From assembly GCF_009914755.1 (NCBI RefSeq), contig NC_060932.1: a DNA stretch of 64,000 bases. One strand, 5' to 3'. This stretch comes from the human T2T-CHM13v2.0 reference genome, Homo sapiens. The position numbers and the translations under genes are program-made. The notes below the pieces were generated by a model. It was not told the DNA's origin. It did no database searches and saw nothing but the letters and a program-made list of their open reading frames with translations. Every line of letters starts with the position of its first letter. Positions within the stretch are counted from its first letter, which is position 1. Positions 55,558 to 64,000 of this stretch are shown one piece after another.

Positions 55558-56370
55558 TGTGATATTGTGAAATATATATTTGGTCTTTGTCCCACTGTTA
55601 TGAAATACAACTGCTAATATCCCTGGAGTCCCCAAGGTGATGTCTTTTGTGTGCTAACAAGTTGAGCTGGAGGGCTGGCAGCTCCTAAGTAGCTCCAGGA
55701 TGGTGACTGGTCACTAAAAAGAACATGGCTTGACTAGAGGATTGGGACTTTCAGCCTGCTCAACCTCCAAGGAGGAGAGAGGAGCTTCTCCTTGGTTATG
55801 TTGATCACCAGTGGCCAGTGGTTTAATCAATCACATTTACTTAAAGCTTCCATAAAACCCAAAATTATTGGGTTCAGAGAGCTTCCAGATAGCCGAACAT
55901 CTGGATGGCACACCCTGAGAGGGCATGGAAACTCCACACCCTTTTCCCATGCGTTGCCCTGTGCATCTGTTTATCTGTACCCTTTGTAATATCCTTTATA
56001 ATAAACTGGTAAACATAAGTGTTTCTGTGAGTTCTGTGAGCTGCTCTAGCATGTCAATTAAACCCAAGAAAGGGGTCACCAGAAACTCTAAAGTTGATCA
56101 GAAGCACAAATGAAACAACCTGGGGATCGCAATTGGCATAGGAAGTGGAGGGCAGTCTTATGGGACTGAGTCATTACCTTGGGAGATCTGATGCTATCTC
56201 CAGGTAGATAGTGTTGGAATTGAATTGAATTAGAGGACACCCAGCTGGTGTCCTCTGTAGAACTGATTGCTCACTTGGTGGGTGGGGGAAAAACCTCCAC
56301 ATATATATGGTCACAGAATTATTCTGTGTTGCATGAGAACAGAGGAAAAACATTTTTGCTACTGAGAACA
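55558..56370 (+). mobile_element. MER21 (A/B) ERV solo LTR
   Basis: TGTGATATTGTGAAATATATATTTGGTCTT..CCTTTATAATAAACTGGTAAAC..GGACACCCAGCTGGTGTCC; 3' end approximate. Confidence 0.88.
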
Positions 56371-57634
56371 GATAACCCCTATCAGCTCTGTTCTTCCCAG
56401 AGGTTTAAGATCTACCTCAAAGCCCAGAGTAAGAGTGCAGAGTGACAGATGATGGAAGAAGCACCTTGGTGACAAATACTAAATCACACACACATGCATG
56501 CATGCACAAACACACTACTTAAGTGCTGTCGTAGAATGTTGAACATTGTGATGGACACATGGCATGAAAAAGTTTGAGAAAGTATATTATTGTTATTACC
56601 TCTGTGATCTTGGGCCAGTCATTTAACTTCCTCAGTTATCTGTATACTTGAATATTAAATGATGGTAAATAATTATATGTTAACCAATTGTTATAAACTG
56701 TTAATAAGATAAACCAGGAATCTTTATTGACATCTGCTTCAGTTTCCATTTTCAAAAATGGGTAAATACTTGTTTAAATATTTCCCTGTAAAAGACCATA
56801 AGTGTAAAAAGGGTAGTTATCATAATGGTTAGTGAAGTTCATTTGAGGATGTCCATGACTCAGTTATTCATTCAGTTTATTACTCATCTGAACATCACCA
56901 CCTGCACTGGTCATTTTGAAGAATGCATAATTTTACATGGAATTTATGCTTAATCTTGTATTATTTAATTTATGCTTATCATGTGCCTAGAATAAGAAAT
57001 TAGGAATATAACAGATTATAACTTAAACATTTATTTCAAGATGATCTTTACCATTATTTTCAAGGCTCCTTAAGTAAACAAAAAAGAATGTTTCTAGGAC
57101 TTCAAAAAACCAATGCTAGAAAGAAAAATGCGGTTATATTCCATCTGGCTTTTCATTGAGGAAAGTATAAAAACTCTGCAACTACAATAGGTTATTTATG
57201 GAGAAGAGCTTGAAAATAACACCTGAACACTTATTTTATTTAGAATTAAAACACAAATATTATATATACCAACATATATTTTATGGACAAAGTACAACAA
57301 TTTTCAACATCAGATAATGAAATTAGTTTGGTATTATTTTTGATATCACAGTACATAGTTTTCAGTCTATATTTCGATAATGTGTGTTTGCTTTCCAAAC
57401 CTAATACAGTGTAATATTTAAAAGTAATTTATGAATTCGGATTTAACTCAAATAATAGTAATAATAAATTATTCTTGAAATAAAGCAGAATGAGCCATTT
57501 GTTAAATGACAGAAACTAAACAATTTTCTTCATAAGTTACAGTTAACTTTAAATTCAGTATTAAAATTAATTTTATGACATAATCCTTAAAAGCATATTG
57601 ATTTTAATTTAAACTTCTTTATTAAGTCACAAAG

Positions 57635-57875
57635 GAATGGTTAAGAGTATGGCCTCTGGAGTCAGTATACCTGAGTTGGAATTCTGGATCTATAATATAC
57701 TAGCTGTGTGACCTTAGGTAAGTTATTTAATCTCAGTTTATTTATCTATACAATAGGGAAAGTAATGCCACTTACATCGTAATATTATCGTGAGGATCAA
57801 ACAACTTTAGCTGGGGAAAATATTTAAAATAGCATTTGGCACATAGAAAAACCTCTATTATTGTTGTTATTATTA
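57635..57875 (+). mobile_element. MIR, near full length
   Basis: TGGTTAAGAGTATGGCCTCTGGAGTCAG..TACTAGCTGTGTGACCTTAGGTAAGTTATTTAA..TGGCACATAG. Confidence 0.88.
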
Positions 57876-58064
57876 CCCCATCCTGAAATAGTTTTTTAAT
57901 TCTCACAGTTTTAATGAGACAACATTATTATGACATAGTTTTATAAATCAGAAAATTATGGGAAGTACTCAGTTGGAAGATGTTTAATTTTCTTTCTCTT
58001 GTTTTACAAAGTACCTCTTCCCAGGCTGGCTTGAGGTGCTGTCCAGGGTGCTGAAAAGCCCCAC

Positions 58065-58120
58065 ATCCACTTCACTCTTATCAATAAACTTTATCCACTT
58101 CACTCTTACCAATAAGCTTT
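58065..58120 (+). repeat. 28-bp tandem duplication
   Basis: ATCCACTTCACTCTTATCAATAAACTTT / ATCCACTTCACTCTTACCAATAAGCTTT (2 mismatches). Confidence 0.95.
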
Positions 58121-59253
58121 ATAGTAAATATTTTAACTCCAACTAGAATCACTTGTGTTAGAACAACTTGGGGTTAGCTCATAATTCTATGCAACTAATG
58201 TTTTATGCTTGCTAGTGGAAAAGCAAGAGGAAAGTGTTTCAGGGTGGAATGAGCTGGAAAAACGGGTCCCTCATCAGTTAAATAATAAACCATCTTATCT
58301 TACTTGCACGGATATAATATTTGTGTATTTTTCATCTTTGCATGAGAATAAAGGTTTCAGTTTCCCAACTCAATTCACCAAATAGTTGACTGTCCTGCCG
58401 GAGTACTTTGATCTGCTATCACTTTCGAGGCCAAGGCAGCTTTGTCTGGTGCCAAGAACAATTAATTTCCTTGAAATTCTTATAAGGAGCATTTCATTCT
58501 GTTACACAGGTAAATAGCAATGTACAAACAAATACAAAATATATTTACTGATTAACTGTGAAATTTGGGGAGGTGAGAGACCATGTCGTAAACATAATTA
58601 TATCCTTAATAACTAAAAAAGTGTTGGCACTTAACTTTTTATGAATTTGAATTGAATACTTAACTGATTTCTGATGTTCGATGTGAAAGCTAACACATTT
58701 ATTTTCATTGACTATCTTTGCATGAAGACTTGTGTGATGAATTTCTATTAGTATGCCAAATTTGTCTAAAAAGAACAAGAATCAAATTGTAGTTGGATGA
58801 CCTAATGAAATAGTGTGGTCTCAAGAGGAGATAGATCTACCTGGCACTTACAAATATCTTGGAATCTCTTCTTTCATCTCAAAATGTTTATGTCCTTGGT
58901 CCATTTGGTCCATTTGTTAAGGATGTAATATTGAGTCTCAAATCATTTAAAATGTTCTTTTTCTGACTTTCTAAAATTTCCTTCTTGCTTTATGATAGCA
59001 TATGAGAGGAAAAGCTAACAGATTCACTAAGGAAAGAAATGGTAACTTACACAAGTTTACATGTATTAATTTCTATCAACTCCCCCTTCAAAAAAAATAA
59101 TAAAAATTTACTCAATTCAGTTATGAAAAGACTCCTTTTAAAAATAGTTGCTTATTTTATTAGACTAGAATATGAACATAAATGAATAGAATATTCATGA
59201 TGCTAACTTTACATTTAATTCTTATATCTTTTTAATTGGTTTATAAACCATCA

Positions 59254-59506
<253 letters not shown>

Positions 59507-62500
59507 TTAATTAAATTATGATCTTTATCAATTATCTTTCCTGACTCCTACTCTATTTTGTGACATAGGCTTGCAATGTATTCTATGATTCTCACCTTAT
59601 TTATACAATAATTTATTTTAAAGCTAGCTTTTTTTAGATATTAAAAAGTCAGAATATGTAACATAATGATAAGCCTTGATATAAAGCACTAAAATCTATT
59701 GATTTAGGAAAGTATGAATTTTAAGCTTAATTGAAAAACCTGGTGAATTTATGAAGTTTTGGCTCAAAATTGACAGTAAATTAAATCTCAATTTCACGTG
59801 GATTTTACGTATCAGCTCATGTATAAAATTGAAATATGGAAATAAATTTGGTAACATTTTAATGAAAATGTAGCAAGTTCCACTAATGAGAGTCAATGAT
59901 TCCATTTTAGATTTAAAAACTATCAATTGTTGTCTTAGAGTTCCTCCAAAGTGAGAATTTTTTTTGGGTGGGGGTATTGGAAATTAAAGTAAGTAATTTT
60001 AAATTTTTTTTTATTTTAAGTAATAACTATGTTAACAGAAATAATCTGTTTTTAAACTTCTCACCTGGAAATGTACAATATTTGCTTCCAGACTTTTTAC
60101 ACACTATTGGCTTTTTTGGTAAGAAATTATTCCCCAGAATAAATTAAAGTTATCTTTTCTTCTTCCACTTTAACTTTGTCTCCTCTTTCATAAATAATTG
60201 TCATTCTCTTATTATAAATCAAGATACAAAACTTGTAACATTAATACAGTTCCACAATTTAATTAGAAGTGGTTTTCATATACCATTCATTAGGAGGCAT
60301 ATATTTTTCATGATATACCAAAATTTAAAAGCAAGTTAGGAGCGTGAAAACTTACATGATAGTTCTTTCCTAGATCAAATTGCATTAAAAGCAAACAAAA
60401 AGTGTACAGTTTATGTAGTAAGCATAAAATATTTTCTCTGGTAAATGCTAGACCTAAAGCAATGATGTGGTCAGTTATTAGTGAAAAGATATGAACCAGT
60501 TCTTGGTCTGCTATTCAAATTGTATGTCGTGTGTGTGTATCTGTGTGAGTTTTATTCTGGCCATATCTTCATCTGTGCACTTAGTGAATCCTTCTACATT
60601 AACTGGTGCTGAACCTAAAAAAAAGTTAAAGATCTTAAACTTGGAAAGACTGTGGAGTATGGTTTTTTCTGAAGAGGGTTCACTGATAATTTGGAGTTTT
60701 TAATCTTTTTTGTTTTTTATGTGGGGTTTATCAAAATTACTGTATCTATTTTATATATAATTACCAATATGGTAAATTCTTAATTTTGTTTTGAAGTATC
60801 TTAAACACTATAAACAGATTAATCCAAGAACACTTGAAAGATTAAATATGATTCACATCCTAATGTAGACATTAAAGATTGCATTTCACTTTTGTAGTAA
60901 CAGAGGATAGGTTATAACTTTCCAACAGTAGCAAAACATTCTCTGTCTTCACTCCTACATTTCTTCAATGCATTTCTGGAGAAAGCTGGCAAAAGAATTA
61001 TGCTGGCTAAAATGTACTAACTTAGTAATACAGAAGTGCTACAGTTTCTAAGAACTAGTAATTACAGGTAGAATGACATTGGAAGTTGTATTCAAATAGT
61101 ACAGTAGAGCCATGTGTGATAACAATAATCCAATTGACTACATCATTATAATATTTCTAAGCATATGAAACAATGTAAGAATTCATTCAAAAAAATGTAA
61201 AGCTTTTTTGGAGATAAAATGAAAATAACTCATAAGGGCCAAAGAAGTAAACAAATGTAATCAACTGATATATCTAAATTAGTTGTAGGTGGGGAGATGA
61301 ACTGTAAAACTTGAATTTCAAGTGTTGGACACTGTCTCCTCTGGTTTATGGAATCATTGACATGGAAGCTATAAATAGTGTTCAAAGTTTCCTCTAAAGG
61401 TAGCTGTCAAAGGCAGTCAACCTCTTTGAATTCTGGTCATTTTCTGAGCTGCAGAATACTGAGAAATCACACCAAAATTATGTTGCAGGGTTACATTATG
61501 GACTTGAAATGATTATTTTCTTGGAAATAAGCATTTATCAAACTCTTAGAAAGTTTTAGCCATGAAGTATAGAAGATATGGATTTTATTAATATTTATAT
61601 TAAAAGTGATTCTTAAATATTTATACTTGGCAATATTTATGAATATTTGGAGTATCAGAAAAATAGATTATTCTGTGACTTCAATTTCAAATTTGTAATT
61701 TCAATAATTAAGTTATAACTGATTGTAAGTGGGACCTTAGTAAGCTTGTAAACATTAGAGCACATAATTTGTAAATTTTGCATTTCTTCACATTATAGTT
61801 TTAATGTGTTTGATTCTAACAATATTTTGATTATACACTGGGGTCTATAAGTGAGACTGTTGAAGTCTTCAGAAATATTAAATATATGAAAGCTGTTTTA
61901 AATGTTTGAAGATGTTTAAATTTATAACAAAACAAGCATTAATCACAGCACCCTTAAAATAATGTTTATTACACTTCGGATAGGATTCATTTATCTACTT
62001 AATTTAAGAAAGCTATATTTTGGGGCTTATAATTCCTTTAAAATTAGTATTATAGAAGCTAAACAAAAGCCCTGAACTGAGTCCTTTTCTGCACTCAAAA
62101 ACTGCTCTTGAGTATACCAAAAACTGTGTATTTAGCTGAGAAACTTTCTAGTATTTTCAAGAGTTGGCATTCAGTTGGGTCAGTTGATGGTGTCATACAG
62201 AAATTTTTAGTATTAGATTGTATCTCCATATAAATACTAATCAAAAACTGTATTCTGTCACAATAGGAGAGATTGGGAATGTGGAGACTGGAAGACAAAA
62301 ATTTTTTATAACCCACAAATGCTTAAGGGACTATATACCCTAAAATGATGACTACTGAGATTCATAACTCCTACTGTGTTTCAGTTAAGAAACAAAACAA
62401 ATGACAGACATACATACACACATATAAAAAGCCTAGAGACTTTTTCTCATGAAATATTTAGTACCAATTGCTATATGATTCTATATTTGGTGGGGGAAGT

Positions 62501-62593
62501 ACCTAGAAACTTTTAAATATGTTTAATAGCAATACTTGAATCTTATTCAATTTATTACTGTCATTTACTACACAGGAACTTCATTTTTAGTCA

Positions 62594-62726
62594 TTTTTTT
62601 TTTCATTGAGACAGTGTCTCACCATGTTTGTTGCCCCGGCTAGTCTCGAACCACTGGGCATAAGAAATTTCCTGCCTCAGCTTCATGAGCACCTGGGATT
62701 ACAAGTTTGTGCCACTGTGCCTGGCT
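62594..62726 (-). mobile_element. FLAM/FAM-type Alu monomer
   Basis: Single diverged arm ending CCACTGTGCCTGGC. Confidence 0.85.
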
Positions 62727-63683
62727 CATACTTCGTTATTCTAAGGGACAAAGTATGCTCTCATGTTCTTTAGAATGGATATTGCATTTATCATGCTCAT
62801 TATAAAAATTTAAACATGTGCCATTATCTATAGGTGTTTTCCTGAAAACCATCATATTATGTTTATATTATTGACTTCTTGATTTTTCAATGTGTTACAT
62901 TTCCTCTCCAGCATGGAATGAGTAGATGGTACATCTCTAAGATAAAACTGCAATGAAAAAAAAAAGTAATCCTTTTGATCCATGTAGAATGGTCAGCAAA
63001 GTTCTTTTCTGACAGCAGATAAACAGGTCTTCCCCATATAATTGTTCAGCTGAAGGAAATATCTATGGATGGGTATCTGATGAATACCTATTAAATATTC
63101 TAAACCATTAAATATGCTAATATCCGTCCCAGGATCAAGGCCAACCAACATTTATATACATGAATGATATTTTATTGGCTTCCTATAAAATCGTTCTTTC
63201 TCCTCCATCCTCCAACACCCACCCACGGAGTCTTCTGAATTATGGTTTGGAGTGGTGCTATTAGCCGATATCTAAGAAGGCTATAGAAAAGAGATCTATA
63301 AAACCTTGTGGGGCCTTCTGTAAAGATGTTGTTATGATCTTTGTCATTGGATTACAGTGTCCCTTTTGTGAGTACCTTTTCTGCGAGAAATGGTTTGCTG
63401 CTTTGTGAATTTAGTAACAGGAGCAATTGGATTTCTTCTGAGCGGTTGATTTTTTTTTTTTGTCTTACTGATATTTGGCTTGTAAACTGATTGGATTTCT
63501 CTCATGAGAAGTCAGAATATTGAATCTTATGGTAAATAATCTGGTATTACTGTTATATCTGGCTCAGTTTTAACTCTGTACTTTGTTTTTCAGTATTCTT
63601 ATTTCCATGTTTTCCAAATTTATGTTATATTAGTATGTTTTAAATCTATTTGGAAGCCACCCTTTGTCCATTTTGGAAAAGGC

Positions 63684-63719
63684 AAAACAAACAAACAAAC
63701 AAACAAAAAACAAAAAAAA
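63684..63719 (+). repeat. (CAAA)n microsatellite
   Basis: Directly visible. Confidence 0.9.
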
Positions 63720-63749
63720 CCCACACAGATTAGTTGAGAAAGCCTCACA

Positions 63750-63905
63750 GAAGGCAATATGATACAGTAAGGAGACCGACTCCAGACAGACGTGGCTTTG
63801 AATTTTGTCTCCATTTAGTAATAATGGGATTTTGAATTATATATTTTGACCTTTCTGATTTTCACCTAACTCATTTGTATAATGCGAATAAGGTTAGCTA
63901 CATTT
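63750..63905 (+). mobile_element. MIR fragment
   Basis: GACTCCAGACAGAC..TTTGAAT..CTCATTTGTATAATG.GAATAA. Confidence 0.55.
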
Positions 63906-64000
63906 TTAAATGAATGTGAAAATTTTAAAAAAGATTAAGTGACGTTTGTAGAGTGTCTTCATGGTGCCTCGGTGGTGCACAGGATTAGGATAACTTTAAG

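Noticed and set aside
56232-56256. Perfect 10-bp hairpin AGAGGACACC-CAGCT-GGTGTCCTCT
   Set aside because: As I recall it is an intrinsic feature of the MER21 LTR and too short for a pre-miRNA
58065-58120. 28-bp repeats of CRISPR-like length
   Set aside because: Only two adjacent copies with no spacer, in eukaryotic DNA; a simple tandem duplication
61369-61378. Perfect MEF2 site CTATAAATAG
   Set aside because: An isolated AT-rich motif in very AT-rich DNA is expected by chance
62970-63190. Minus-strand peptide QLYGEDLFI resembling an RT YADD motif
   Set aside because: Only a weak resemblance, flanked by stops, with no other RT motifs recognised

Overview
This is primate (almost certainly human or great-ape) genomic DNA, not microbial. 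It is AT-rich, CpG-depleted, has no CpG island and no recognisable protein-coding exon, RNA gene or CRISPR array. A large share of the window is interspersed repeats: 15 Alu/FLAM copies, L1 fragments (including a twin-primed L1PA), L2, MIR, solo LTRs (MLT1, MST, THE1B, MER68, MER52-group, MER21) and DNA-transposon MITEs (MER5, Tigger3a, Tigger4a, MER33, MER94). Most LTRs and L1s lie on the minus strand, which hints at a large intron of a plus-strand gene; I cannot name the locus. The most interesting signal is a candidate spliced minus-strand transcript that starts in the THE1B LTR (TATA box, DUX4 motif and MaLR donor intact) and continues into well-formed exon-like segments at 27623-27710, 26194-26405 and possibly 19239-19428. 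Secondary leads are a phase-compatible chain of minus-strand exon-like segments at 57-60.5 kb, a 19-nt microexon candidate and recursive-splice-like sites. Repeat family names come from recalled consensus sequences. Boundaries of old repeats are approximate and need RepeatMasker/Dfam confirmation.
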